Shown here in pieces: positions 28,526 through 42,630 of a stretch of DNA of 64,000 nucleotides; positions within the stretch are counted from its first letter, which is position 1; every line of letters starts with the position of its first letter. The DNA is from Nemertoderma westbladi (lineage: Eukaryota > Animalia > Xenacoelomorpha). The notes under the pieces were generated by a model. That model was given only the letters and a program-made list of their open reading frames with translations, was not told the origin of the DNA and ran no database searches. The DNA is taken from contig JAUCBJ010001179.1 in NCBI GenBank assembly GCA_032718475.1, positions 62,001 to 126,000 on the forward strand, in the 5' to 3' direction. A program made the position numbers and the translations under genes.

Positions 28526-29531
28526 TTAGCTCCGGACCAACAACCTAACAGTTCCTCTTAGTCTCTTCAACAATCGGACCACTTTATCATGGCCCATCCC
28601 GTGTAGACTCTTCCCGTTAACCGCGAGTATCTGGTTCCCCCGTCTCAATCTACCGTCGTCCACTGCCGCCCCCTTCGCGTAGACTGTCTTTACGTAGATA
28701 GGGAGGTTACCATGGGGACTGCCGTAACCGCCCACAATAGAGAATCCCAGACCCTGGGAACCCCGCTGGAGAGTTACCGTGGTAACCAAATCACTGAAAA
28801 TAAAAGTTAGTTAGATTATATTTGATTTTACGAAAACTACCGAACCTAAAAGGTTATTAAGACCAAAATGTTGCGATCAGTGACGATCTGATAAAAAAAA
28901 GAAATTCAACTGACCCAGAATTTAACTGTTCGTGTTGTTTCTCAATATTGTCCAACTCCATCGTATCTTGACTTGACTGACTAACTTCTGTTGTTTTTGA
29001 ATCTGCGAAATGAAATAGAAACAAATAAAATAGTCATCTAGAAATTCACACAACTTCTTAGGAAGCCAACCACTTACACGAAATTATAAAGAAAGACAAT
29101 TAAATGAATACTGGATATAAACAAATAACTATGTTTATGACTTATTGCTGTTTGTATTACGTGTGTGTGTGTATGCCGAGTGTTTGTGGCTGTGGCATAG
29201 CGCGGTCTTCCAGTAAGTAGGCCGAGTTAATATACAATTAATTTACATTTTAGAATGATAATCAACTAATAAACAAACAGCTGGGAAGCAGCACTACAAA
29301 CTCGGATCGATTACTTTTTCCGTGTAATATATTTATAGCTTTATCAAAACCGGCAGTATAGGCCTACAGTGCCGCGCAATTACTGTGAAATGTTAAACAG
29401 TTTAGGATTCATTGAGTCAGCAAACATAAATAAATATTTAACATATAAACCTGAAGGTAGGCCTGTTGGTGATTCCTCTTTGTAGTATTCCTTGGCGTAA
29501 TCCTGATACAGTCTCTCAAAGTCTCCCTTGT
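28526..29531 (-). pseudogene. Duplicated MPDZ 3' fragment, copy 4: exon H 28526-28793 (GSQG), exon G 28915-29002, exon F remnant 29451-29531
   Basis: Near-identical to native 3' exons; shorter exon F remnant than copies 2 and 3. Confidence 0.9.
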
Positions 29532-30569
29532 CTCCCTAGGCCACGGATTCCAGAGGGGAGGACCACATTAATTCAGTCATTCTAGAACACCGACCCTGGG
29601 AATTGTATAATAATAAAATAATATAATAATATACATTGACTTTATCTAGTTCAGTTAGTTAATCTCAATCACAAAATAATAATATACACACTCATAATGA
29701 ATTACCTTTGTAACAATAATTGTCTGTCCCAACTCTTTAATATTATTAAATTGCAAATGGCCGGCCGGTAATTCTTGTAAGGAATCCTGGAGAATGGACG
29801 GCTTCTTTATAATAATGCAGATACTGTTCGTGAATAAAAACCAAACTGAACTCTAAGTAATAAGTTAAACCAGACCACCGAACGAATTATTACAACAAAG
29901 CGAAAGTGTTAAAAGTTTAAAGAAAGTTTAAAGTGATAGAATTTGTGCAGAGCTATATTAATATATTTTCGTTGTCTATAGCACAACAAAGGTAACAAGT
30001 GTCTGGCCATTGACCTACATTGGAACTCACAACCACCCAACCCACCCACACAATGAACGAAGCACAGTATTGTATGTCAGCCCGCCAGGCTGGCGCCTCC
30101 TACAACTAACATGCACACGGCCACCTTGTGAATATTGGTTGTAAAATTCTCTTGTAATAATATTTCCGAAGTCAATAAATAATTACACTTGAAATGCACT
30201 ATAGAGGGGTGGGGACGTGTTAGCGATGTCGCCCGGTGAATCTGAGCGTTTTTGGTGATCATTTCCTTAAAACATATTTTTTAAGCTCTATCTCGTGGTG
30301 TCGGTTAGAACGCGCGAAAGCGAAAATCGATGCTCATTTTTGAAAAAAATCGGAAGTTATTTGACAAAATTATGGCTAATTAACGGAAGGGCTTTTGTGT
30401 TGGCAATTTATTATTTAATACAGTTGAATATTTGGCTGACTTGAAGTTCATTAACCCAGACAATTAAATTAAAATGAGAAATTATTTCGGTAAATTGCGG
30501 CTAATTTTGGGAAGGGCTTTTGGGTTGGCAATCCAATTTAAATGAAAGGTGTTCTTCGGATAATTTGAA

Positions 30570-30891
30570 TTAATAACGAGTGCCTTACATAACGGCGCAG
30601 TGCACTTAATAACGAGTGCCCTACATAACGGCACAATGCACTTAATAACGAGTGCCCTACATAACGGCACAGTGCACTTAATAACGAGTGCACTGCATAA
30701 CGGCACAATGCACTTAATAACGAGTGCCCTACATAACGGCGCAGTGCACTTAATAACGAATGCCCTACATAACGGCACAGTGCACTTTATAACGACGCAG
30801 TGCACTTCATAAAGGTGTAGTGCACTTCATAATGGTGTAGTGCACTTCATAAAGGTGTTAGTAGTGCACTTCATAACGATGCAGTGCACTT
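30570..30891. repeat. 36-bp GTGCAC minisatellite
   Basis: Same unit, more copies. Confidence 0.9.
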
Positions 30892-30892
30892 A

Positions 30893-31527
30893 ATGTTATA
30901 TGCTATAGTATATGCTATGCTATATGCTATATGCTATATATGCAAATGCTATGCTATGCTATATGTTATATGTTATATGTTATGCTATAGTACATGCTAT
31001 GCTATATGATTTATGCTATATGCTATATGCTATGCTGTATGCTATATGCTATACTAAATGCTCTGCTATATGCTATATGTTATATGTTATGCTATAGTAC
31101 ATGCTATGCTATATGCTTTATGCTATATGCTATATGCTATATGCTATATGCAATCTGCTATATGCTATATGCTATGCTATATGCTATGCTATATGCTATG
31201 CTATAAGCTATGCTATATGCTATATGCTATGCTATATGCTATATGCTATGCTATATGCTATGCTATATGCTATGCTATATGCTATGCTATATGCTATGCT
31301 ATATGCTATATGATATGCTATATGCTATATGCTATGTGCTATATACTATATGCTATATACTATATGCTATATGCTATGCTATATGTCATATGCTATATGT
31401 TATATGTTGTGCTATAGGCCATGTTATGCTATATGCTATATGCTATGCTATATGCTATATGTCATAAGCTACGCTTTATGCATATCATATGCTATATGCT
31501 ATATACTATGCTATATGCTTTCATATG
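30893..31527. repeat. Degenerate TATATGC/TATGC satellite (short form)
   Basis: Visible periodicity; no long pure TATGC tract. Confidence 0.95.
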
Positions 31528-34338
31528 TAACTTTCAAATTGACATTTTGACATGTCATTTTGCCAAAATGACATTTTCAAATTGACATTTTGACATGTCA
31601 TTTTGCCAAAATGTCACTTTCAAATTGACAGTTTGACATGTCATTTTGCCAAAATGTTAATGTGTCAATATGTCACTTTCAAATTGACATTTTGACATGT
31701 CATTTTGCCAAAATGTCACTTTCAAATTGACAGTTTGACATGTCATTTTGCCAAAATGTTAATGTGTCAATATGTCACTTTCAAATTGACATTTTGACAT
31801 GCCATTTTGCCAAAATGTTAATGTGTCAATATGTCACTTTCAAATTGACATTTTGACATGCCATTTTGCCAAAATGTCACTTTCAAATTGACATTTTGAC
31901 ATGTCATTTTGACAAAATGTCAATGTGTCAATATGTCACTTTCAAATTGACAGTTTGACATGTCATTTTGTCAAAATGTAACTTTCAAATTGACATTTCG
32001 ACATGTCATTTTGCCAAAATGTCACTTTCAAATTGACATCTCGACATGTCATTTTGCCAAAATGTCACTTTCAAATTGACATTTTGACATGTCATTTTGC
32101 CAAAATGTCATTTTCAAGTTGACATTTTGACATTTCATTTTGCCAAAATGTCACTTTCGAATTGACATTTTCACATGTCTTTTTGCCAAAATGTCAATGT
32201 GTCAATATGTCACCTTCAAATTGACAGTTTGACATGTCATTTTGTTAAAATGTCACCTTCAAATTGACACTTTGGCATGTCATTTTGCCAAAATGTCACT
32301 TTCGAATTGACATTTTGACATGTCATTTTGCCAAAATGTCACTTTCGAATTGACATTTTGACATGTCATTTTGCCAAAATGTCATTTTCAAGTTGACATT
32401 TTGACATGTCATTTTGCCAAAATGTCACTTTCGAATTGACATTTTGATGTGTCATTTTGCCAAAATGTCACTTTCAAATTGACACTTTGACATGTCATTT
32501 TGCCAAAATGTCACTTTCAAATTGACAGTTTGACTTGTCTTTTTGTGAAAGTGTCACTTTCAAATTGACATTTTCACATGTCATTATGTCAAAATGTCAC
32601 TTTCGAATTGACATTTTAACATGTGTCATTTTGTGAAAATGTCATTGTGTCAAAATGTCACTTGACATGTCATTTTGTCAAAATGTCACTTTCAAATTGA
32701 TACTTTGACATGTCTTTTTGTCGAAATGTCACTTTCGAATTGACATTTTAACATGTGTCATTTTGTGAAAATGTCATTGTGTCAAAATGTCACTTGACAT
32801 GTCATTTTGTCAAAATGTCACTTTCAAATTGACACTTTGACATGTCTTTTTGTCAAAATGTCACTTTCGAATTGACATTTTGATGTGTCATTTTGCCAAA
32901 ATGTCACTTTCAAATTGACACTATGACATGTCATTTTGCCAAAATGTCACTTTCAAATTGACACTTTGACTTGTCTTTTTGTGAAAGTGTCACTTTCAAA
33001 TTGACATTTTCACATGTCATTATGTCAAAATGTCACTTTCGAATTGACATTTTAACATGTGTCATTTTGTCAAAATGTCATTGTGTCAAAATGTCACTTG
33101 ACATGTCATTTTGTCAAAATGTCACTTTCAAATTGACACTTTGACATGTCTTTTTGGCAAAATGTCATTTTCAAGTTGACATTTTGTCATTTTGTCAAAA
33201 TGTCATTTTGAAATTGACATTTTGACATGTCATTTTGCCAAAATGTCATTTTGAAATGACATTTTGACATGTCATTTTGCCAAAATGTCATTTTGAAATT
33301 GACATTTTGACATGTCATTTTGCCAAAATGTCATTTTTAAATTGACATTTGACATTTTGACATGTCATTTTGCCAAAATTTCATTCACAAATTGACATTT
33401 TGACATGTCATTTTGGCAAAATGTCATTTTCAAATTGTCATTTTGTCATTTTGTCGAAATGTAATTTTGAAATTGACATTTTGACATGTCATTTTGCCAA
33501 AATGTCATTTTAAATTGACATTTGACATTTTGACATGTCATTTTGCCAAAATGTCATTTTCAAATTGACATTTTGACATGTCATTTTGCCAAAATGTCAT
33601 TTTGAAATTGACATTTGACATTTTGACATGTCATTTTGCCAAAATTTCATTTACAAATTGACATTTTGACATGTCATTTTGGCAAAATGTCATTTTCAAA
33701 TTGACATTTTGTCATTTCGTCGAAATGTCATTTTGAAATTGACATTTTGACATGTCATTTTGCCAAAATGTCATTTTAAATTGACATTTGACATTTTGAC
33801 ATGTCATTTTGCCAAAATGTCATTTTCAAATTGACATTTTGACATATCATTTTGCCAAAATGTCATTTTGAAACTGACATTTTGACATGTCATTTTGCCA
33901 AAATGTCATTTTTAAATTGACATTTGACATTTTGACATGTCATTTTGCCAAAATTTCATTTACAAATTGACATTTTGACATGTCATTTTGGCAAAATGTC
34001 ATTTTCAAATTGTCATTTTGTCATTTTGTCGAAATGTCATTTTGAAATTGACATTTTGACATGTCATTTTGCCAAAATGTCATTTTAAATTGACATTTGA
34101 CATTTTGACATGTCATTTTGCCAAAATGTCATTTTCAAATTGACATTTTGACATGTCATTTTGAAATTGACATTTTGACATGTCATTTTGCCAAAATGTC
34201 ATTTTGAAATTGACATTTGACATGTCATTTTGTCAAAATGTCATTTTCAAATTGACATTTTGGCATGTCATTTTGGCAAAATGGCATTTTCAAATTGACA
34301 TTTTGTCATTTTTTCAAAATTGAGATTTTGAAATGTCA
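31528..34338. repeat. 43-bp TGACA/TGTCA minisatellite
   Basis: Visible periodicity. Confidence 0.95.
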
Positions 34339-34348
34339 TAGATTTATT

Positions 34349-35876
34349 GTTCTCACGATATTTTGGTTCAAACACAAACGTTTTTTGATATTTTACGAGA
34401 TTTAAAATATTTTTTATTGAAAAAGCAGACATAACTATTCCCAGTCCGTTTCTGTAACATTTAGAGAAAAGGTAACTTGTGATACTTCTTTTAGTGTTAA
34501 ATTAACAGCAGATTCCAAATTCAGTAACCGTTTTTACATATGATTTGTAGTTCTCGCGATATTTCGGTTCAAACACAACGTTTTTGGTATTTTACGAGAT
34601 TTAAAGTATTTTTTATTGAAAAAGCAGACATAACTATTCCCAGTCCGTTTCTGTAACATTTAGAGAAAAGTTAACTTGTGATACTTCTTTTAGTGTTAAA
34701 TTAACAGCAGATTCCAAATACAGTAACCGTTTTTACATATGATTTGTAGTTCTCGCGATATTTGGATTCAAACACAACGTTTTTTGATATTTTATGAGAT
34801 TTAAAGTATTTTTTATTGAAAAAGCAGACATAACTATTCCCAGTCCGTTTCTGTAACATTTAGAGAAAAGGTAACTTGTGATACTTCTTTTAGTGTTAAA
34901 TTAACAGCAGATTCCAAATTCAGTAACCGTTTTTACATATGATTTGTAGTTCTCGCGATATTTGGGTTCAAACACAACGTTTTTTGATATTTTACGAGAT
35001 TTAAAGTATTTTTTATTGAAAAAGCAGACATAACTATTCCCAGTCCGTTTCTGTAACATTTAGAGAAAAGGTAACTTGTGATACTTCTTTTAGTGTTAAA
35101 TTAACAGCAGATTCCAAATTCAGTAACCGTATTTACATATGATTTGTAGTTCTCGCGATATTTGGGTTCAAACACAACGTTTTTTGATATTTTACGAGAT
35201 TTAAAGTATTTTTTATTGAAAAAGCAGACATAACTATTCCCAGTCCGTTTCTGTAACATTTAGAGAAAAGGTAACTTGTGATACTTCTTTTAGTGTTAAA
35301 TTAACAGCAGATTCCAAATACAGTAACCGTTTTTACATATGATTTGTAGTTCTCGCGATATTTGGGTTCAAACACAACGTTTTTTGATATTTTACGAGAT
35401 TTAAAGTATTTTTTATTGAAAAAGCAGACATAACTATTCCCAGTCCGTTTCTGTAACATTTAGAGAAAAGGTAACTTGTGATACTTCTTTTAGTGTTAAA
35501 TTAACAGCAGATTCCAAATTCAGTAACCGTTTTTACATATGATTTGTAGTTCTCGCGATATTTGGGTTCAAACACAACGTTTTTTGATATTTTACGAGAT
35601 TTAAAGTATTTTTTATTGAAAAAACAGACATAACTGTTCCGAGTCCGTTTCTGTAACATTTAGAGAAAAGGTAACTTGTGATACTTGTTTTAGTGTTAAA
35701 TTAACAGCAGATTCCAAATTCAGTAACCGTTTTTACATATGATTTGTAGTTCTCGCGATATTTCGGTTCAAACACAACGTTTTTTGATATTTTACGAGAT
35801 TTAAAGTATTTTTTATTGAAAAAACAGACATAACTGTTCCGAGTCCGTTTCTGTAACATTTAGAGAAAAGGTAACT
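34349..35876. repeat. 200-bp satellite, about 7.6 monomers
   Basis: 200-bp period. Confidence 0.95.
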
Positions 35877-36665
35877 ACTGTTCAATTTATTTTATAACGC
35901 TCTATAATCTTTTATTAAATAATTGAGCAATAAATAAGTACAGTAGTGTTACAAAATAAATTGAACTGTAGTATTTTACTATATTGCTTCCATAGTTACT
36001 GCAATTCAATTTACTGTACTCTTCAACTCCTGATACCGCCTTTCTCAATGTTAAATAAATTAGTGTTATCGAATATTTATTACGTAACTAGAGAGCCTCT
36101 TAACAATATAAACTAATATTGGATATGGAGTTCCGTTATGGAATTCGCCTTGCAGACACTAAATTTGCAATAACTTTTGAGTGTTTAAATGGATTTTGCT
36201 CAAATTACTTGCAAACCTTTTCTACTTCAGTGCCCTTTTAATACTTGCAACAAAATATAACAAATTCCACAAATGATTTTATTTTACATTTTTCGCTGTG
36301 AAAAACTAAAATCAATGCAATGATACTTTTTTTCCCTATAGGAAAAAAGTGCAACTTTTTCTCCCGATATTGGGGTAAATTCAAGTGAAAATGTAACAAT
36401 TTAAGAATAAAAACTGTAAGGTTTTCGTATCCACGGAATCGACCTAAATTGAACTAAAATCAGCCAGATGTCCGTCCATTAACTACATATATTTTTTAAT
36501 AATCGGTATGAAATAATTACAAAAGGTAATAAAGCTAACAAAATAATAAATATACAAACTAGATAAATAAATACTGTATCACAACACAATTCCGCCTCTT
36601 TCTTCAAGTCTTGCTGTTTATGGTAACCAGCTGACGGCGGCCAGACAATTCTTAGGTAACCATAA

Positions 36666-36802
36666 TTAGCTCCGGACCAACAACCTAACAGTTCCTCTTA
36701 GTCTCTTCAACAATCGGACCACTTTATCATGGCCCATCCCGTGTAGACTCTTCCCGTTAACCGCGAGTATCTGGTTCCCCCGTCTCAATCTACCGTCGTC
36801 CA
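36666..36802 (-). pseudogene. Duplicated MPDZ 3' fragment, copy 5: 3' half of exon H only
   Basis: Matches 43420-43556, then breaks into filler DNA. Confidence 0.9.
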
Positions 36803-37323
36803 GTCGTAGTACGTCGTAGTACATTGTATGTCAGCCCGCCAGGCTGGCGCCTCCTACAACACACGCAGCTCAGCAGCCACCTTGTCAATATTGGTTGTAA
36901 AATTCTGTTGTAAATATTTTCGAAGTCAATAAATAATTACACTTGAAATGCACTGTAGAGGGGTGGGGACGTGTTAGCGATGTCGCCCGGTGAATCTGAG
37001 CGTTTTTGGTGATCATTTCCTTAAAACATATTTTTTAAGCTCTATCTCGTGGTGTGGGTTAGAACGCGCGAAAGCGAAAATCGATGGTCATTTTTGAAAA
37101 AAATCGGAAGTTATTTGACAAAATTATGGCTAATTAACGGAAGGGCTTTTGTGTTGGCAATTTATTATTTAATACAGTTGAATATTTGGCTGACTTGAAG
37201 TTCATTAACCCAGACAATTAAATTAAAATGAGAAATTATTTCGGTAAATTGCGGCTAATTTTGGGAAGGGCTTTTGGGTTGGCAATCCAATTTAAATGAA
37301 AGGTGTTCTTCGGATAATTTGAA

Positions 37324-37645
37324 TTAATAACGAGTGCCTTACATAACGGCGCAGTGCACTTAATAACGAGTGCCCTACATAACGGCACAATGCACTTAAT
37401 AACGAGTGCCCTACATAACGGCACAGTGCACTTAATAACGAGTGCACTGCATAACGGCACAATGCACTTAATAACGAGTGCCCTACATAACGGCGCAGTG
37501 CACTTAATAACGAATGCCCTACATAACGGCACAGTGCACTTTATAACGACGCAGTGCACTTCATAAAGGTGTAGTGCACTTCATAATGGTGTAGTGCACT
37601 TCATAAAGGTGTTAGTAGTGCACTTCATAACGATGCAGTGCACTT
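37324..37645. repeat. 36-bp GTGCAC minisatellite
   Basis: Matches 30570-30891 at offset 6754. Confidence 0.9.
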
Positions 37646-37646
37646 A

Positions 37647-38281
37647 ATGTTATATGCTATAGTATATGCTATGCTATATGCTATATGCTATATATGCAAA
37701 TGCTATGCTATGCTATATGTTATATGTTATATGTTATGCTATAGTACATGCTATGCTATATGATTTATGCTATATGCTATATGCTATGCTGTATGCTATA
37801 TGCTATACTAAATGCTCTGCTATATGCTATATGTTATATGTTATGCTATAGTACATGCTATGCTATATGCTTTATGCTATATGCTATATGCTATATGCTA
37901 TATGCAATCTGCTATATGCTATATGCTATGCTATATGCTATGCTATATGCTATGCTATAAGCTATGCTATATGCTATATGCTATGCTATATGCTATATGC
38001 TATGCTATATGCTATGCTATATGCTATGCTATATGCTATGCTATATGCTATGCTATATGCTATATGATATGCTATATGCTATATGCTATGTGCTATATAC
38101 TATATGCTATATACTATATGCTATATGCTATGCTATATGTCATATGCTATATGTTATATGTTGTGCTATAGGCCATGTTATGCTATATGCTATATGCTAT
38201 GCTATATGCTATATGTCATAAGCTACGCTTTATGCATATCATATGCTATATGCTATATACTATGCTATATGCTTTCATATG
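37647..38281. repeat. Degenerate TATATGC/TATGC satellite (short form)
   Basis: Matches 30893-31527. Confidence 0.95.
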
Positions 38282-41092
38282 TAACTTTCAAATTGACATT
38301 TTGACATGTCATTTTGCCAAAATGACATTTTCAAATTGACATTTTGACATGTCATTTTGCCAAAATGTCACTTTCAAATTGACAGTTTGACATGTCATTT
38401 TGCCAAAATGTTAATGTGTCAATATGTCACTTTCAAATTGACATTTTGACATGTCATTTTGCCAAAATGTCACTTTCAAATTGACAGTTTGACATGTCAT
38501 TTTGCCAAAATGTTAATGTGTCAATATGTCACTTTCAAATTGACATTTTGACATGCCATTTTGCCAAAATGTTAATGTGTCAATATGTCACTTTCAAATT
38601 GACATTTTGACATGCCATTTTGCCAAAATGTCACTTTCAAATTGACATTTTGACATGTCATTTTGACAAAATGTCAATGTGTCAATATGTCACTTTCAAA
38701 TTGACAGTTTGACATGTCATTTTGTCAAAATGTAACTTTCAAATTGACATTTCGACATGTCATTTTGCCAAAATGTCACTTTCAAATTGACATCTCGACA
38801 TGTCATTTTGCCAAAATGTCACTTTCAAATTGACATTTTGACATGTCATTTTGCCAAAATGTCATTTTCAAGTTGACATTTTGACATTTCATTTTGCCAA
38901 AATGTCACTTTCGAATTGACATTTTCACATGTCTTTTTGCCAAAATGTCAATGTGTCAATATGTCACCTTCAAATTGACAGTTTGACATGTCATTTTGTT
39001 AAAATGTCACCTTCAAATTGACACTTTGGCATGTCATTTTGCCAAAATGTCACTTTCGAATTGACATTTTGACATGTCATTTTGCCAAAATGTCACTTTC
39101 GAATTGACATTTTGACATGTCATTTTGCCAAAATGTCATTTTCAAGTTGACATTTTGACATGTCATTTTGCCAAAATGTCACTTTCGAATTGACATTTTG
39201 ATGTGTCATTTTGCCAAAATGTCACTTTCAAATTGACACTTTGACATGTCATTTTGCCAAAATGTCACTTTCAAATTGACAGTTTGACTTGTCTTTTTGT
39301 GAAAGTGTCACTTTCAAATTGACATTTTCACATGTCATTATGTCAAAATGTCACTTTCGAATTGACATTTTAACATGTGTCATTTTGTGAAAATGTCATT
39401 GTGTCAAAATGTCACTTGACATGTCATTTTGTCAAAATGTCACTTTCAAATTGATACTTTGACATGTCTTTTTGTCGAAATGTCACTTTCGAATTGACAT
39501 TTTAACATGTGTCATTTTGTGAAAATGTCATTGTGTCAAAATGTCACTTGACATGTCATTTTGTCAAAATGTCACTTTCAAATTGACACTTTGACATGTC
39601 TTTTTGTCAAAATGTCACTTTCGAATTGACATTTTGATGTGTCATTTTGCCAAAATGTCACTTTCAAATTGACACTATGACATGTCATTTTGCCAAAATG
39701 TCACTTTCAAATTGACACTTTGACTTGTCTTTTTGTGAAAGTGTCACTTTCAAATTGACATTTTCACATGTCATTATGTCAAAATGTCACTTTCGAATTG
39801 ACATTTTAACATGTGTCATTTTGTCAAAATGTCATTGTGTCAAAATGTCACTTGACATGTCATTTTGTCAAAATGTCACTTTCAAATTGACACTTTGACA
39901 TGTCTTTTTGGCAAAATGTCATTTTCAAGTTGACATTTTGTCATTTTGTCAAAATGTCATTTTGAAATTGACATTTTGACATGTCATTTTGCCAAAATGT
40001 CATTTTGAAATGACATTTTGACATGTCATTTTGCCAAAATGTCATTTTGAAATTGACATTTTGACATGTCATTTTGCCAAAATGTCATTTTTAAATTGAC
40101 ATTTGACATTTTGACATGTCATTTTGCCAAAATTTCATTCACAAATTGACATTTTGACATGTCATTTTGGCAAAATGTCATTTTCAAATTGTCATTTTGT
40201 CATTTTGTCGAAATGTAATTTTGAAATTGACATTTTGACATGTCATTTTGCCAAAATGTCATTTTAAATTGACATTTGACATTTTGACATGTCATTTTGC
40301 CAAAATGTCATTTTCAAATTGACATTTTGACATGTCATTTTGCCAAAATGTCATTTTGAAATTGACATTTGACATTTTGACATGTCATTTTGCCAAAATT
40401 TCATTTACAAATTGACATTTTGACATGTCATTTTGGCAAAATGTCATTTTCAAATTGACATTTTGTCATTTCGTCGAAATGTCATTTTGAAATTGACATT
40501 TTGACATGTCATTTTGCCAAAATGTCATTTTAAATTGACATTTGACATTTTGACATGTCATTTTGCCAAAATGTCATTTTCAAATTGACATTTTGACATA
40601 TCATTTTGCCAAAATGTCATTTTGAAACTGACATTTTGACATGTCATTTTGCCAAAATGTCATTTTTAAATTGACATTTGACATTTTGACATGTCATTTT
40701 GCCAAAATTTCATTTACAAATTGACATTTTGACATGTCATTTTGGCAAAATGTCATTTTCAAATTGTCATTTTGTCATTTTGTCGAAATGTCATTTTGAA
40801 ATTGACATTTTGACATGTCATTTTGCCAAAATGTCATTTTAAATTGACATTTGACATTTTGACATGTCATTTTGCCAAAATGTCATTTTCAAATTGACAT
40901 TTTGACATGTCATTTTGAAATTGACATTTTGACATGTCATTTTGCCAAAATGTCATTTTGAAATTGACATTTGACATGTCATTTTGTCAAAATGTCATTT
41001 TCAAATTGACATTTTGGCATGTCATTTTGGCAAAATGGCATTTTCAAATTGACATTTTGTCATTTTTTCAAAATTGAGATTTTGAAATGTCA
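38282..41092. repeat. 43-bp TGACA/TGTCA minisatellite
   Basis: Matches 31528-34338. Confidence 0.95.
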
Positions 41093-41102
41093 TAGATTTA
41101 TT

Positions 41103-42630
41103 GTTCTCACGATATTTTGGTTCAAACACAAACGTTTTTTGATATTTTACGAGATTTAAAATATTTTTTATTGAAAAAGCAGACATAACTATTCCCAGTC
41201 CGTTTCTGTAACATTTAGAGAAAAGGTAACTTGTGATACTTCTTTTAGTGTTAAATTAACAGCAGATTCCAAATTCAGTAACCGTTTTTACATATGATTT
41301 GTAGTTCTCGCGATATTTCGGTTCAAACACAACGTTTTTGGTATTTTACGAGATTTAAAGTATTTTTTATTGAAAAAGCAGACATAACTATTCCCAGTCC
41401 GTTTCTGTAACATTTAGAGAAAAGTTAACTTGTGATACTTCTTTTAGTGTTAAATTAACAGCAGATTCCAAATACAGTAACCGTTTTTACATATGATTTG
41501 TAGTTCTCGCGATATTTGGATTCAAACACAACGTTTTTTGATATTTTATGAGATTTAAAGTATTTTTTATTGAAAAAGCAGACATAACTATTCCCAGTCC
41601 GTTTCTGTAACATTTAGAGAAAAGGTAACTTGTGATACTTCTTTTAGTGTTAAATTAACAGCAGATTCCAAATTCAGTAACCGTTTTTACATATGATTTG
41701 TAGTTCTCGCGATATTTGGGTTCAAACACAACGTTTTTTGATATTTTACGAGATTTAAAGTATTTTTTATTGAAAAAGCAGACATAACTATTCCCAGTCC
41801 GTTTCTGTAACATTTAGAGAAAAGGTAACTTGTGATACTTCTTTTAGTGTTAAATTAACAGCAGATTCCAAATTCAGTAACCGTATTTACATATGATTTG
41901 TAGTTCTCGCGATATTTGGGTTCAAACACAACGTTTTTTGATATTTTACGAGATTTAAAGTATTTTTTATTGAAAAAGCAGACATAACTATTCCCAGTCC
42001 GTTTCTGTAACATTTAGAGAAAAGGTAACTTGTGATACTTCTTTTAGTGTTAAATTAACAGCAGATTCCAAATACAGTAACCGTTTTTACATATGATTTG
42101 TAGTTCTCGCGATATTTGGGTTCAAACACAACGTTTTTTGATATTTTACGAGATTTAAAGTATTTTTTATTGAAAAAGCAGACATAACTATTCCCAGTCC
42201 GTTTCTGTAACATTTAGAGAAAAGGTAACTTGTGATACTTCTTTTAGTGTTAAATTAACAGCAGATTCCAAATTCAGTAACCGTTTTTACATATGATTTG
42301 TAGTTCTCGCGATATTTGGGTTCAAACACAACGTTTTTTGATATTTTACGAGATTTAAAGTATTTTTTATTGAAAAAACAGACATAACTGTTCCGAGTCC
42401 GTTTCTGTAACATTTAGAGAAAAGGTAACTTGTGATACTTGTTTTAGTGTTAAATTAACAGCAGATTCCAAATTCAGTAACCGTTTTTACATATGATTTG
42501 TAGTTCTCGCGATATTTCGGTTCAAACACAACGTTTTTTGATATTTTACGAGATTTAAAGTATTTTTTATTGAAAAAACAGACATAACTGTTCCGAGTCC
42601 GTTTCTGTAACATTTAGAGAAAAGGTAACT
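41103..42630. repeat. 200-bp satellite, about 7.6 monomers
   Basis: Matches 34349-35876. Confidence 0.95.

Noticed and set aside
2446-37566. ORFs with CRALVIKCTVPL or CHFAKMSF repeats
   Set aside because: Translations of the 36-bp and 43-bp repeats
2765-38304. Many plus-strand MLCY/YAML/YAIC ORFs
   Set aside because: Translations of the TATGC/TATATGC satellite, open in several frames at once
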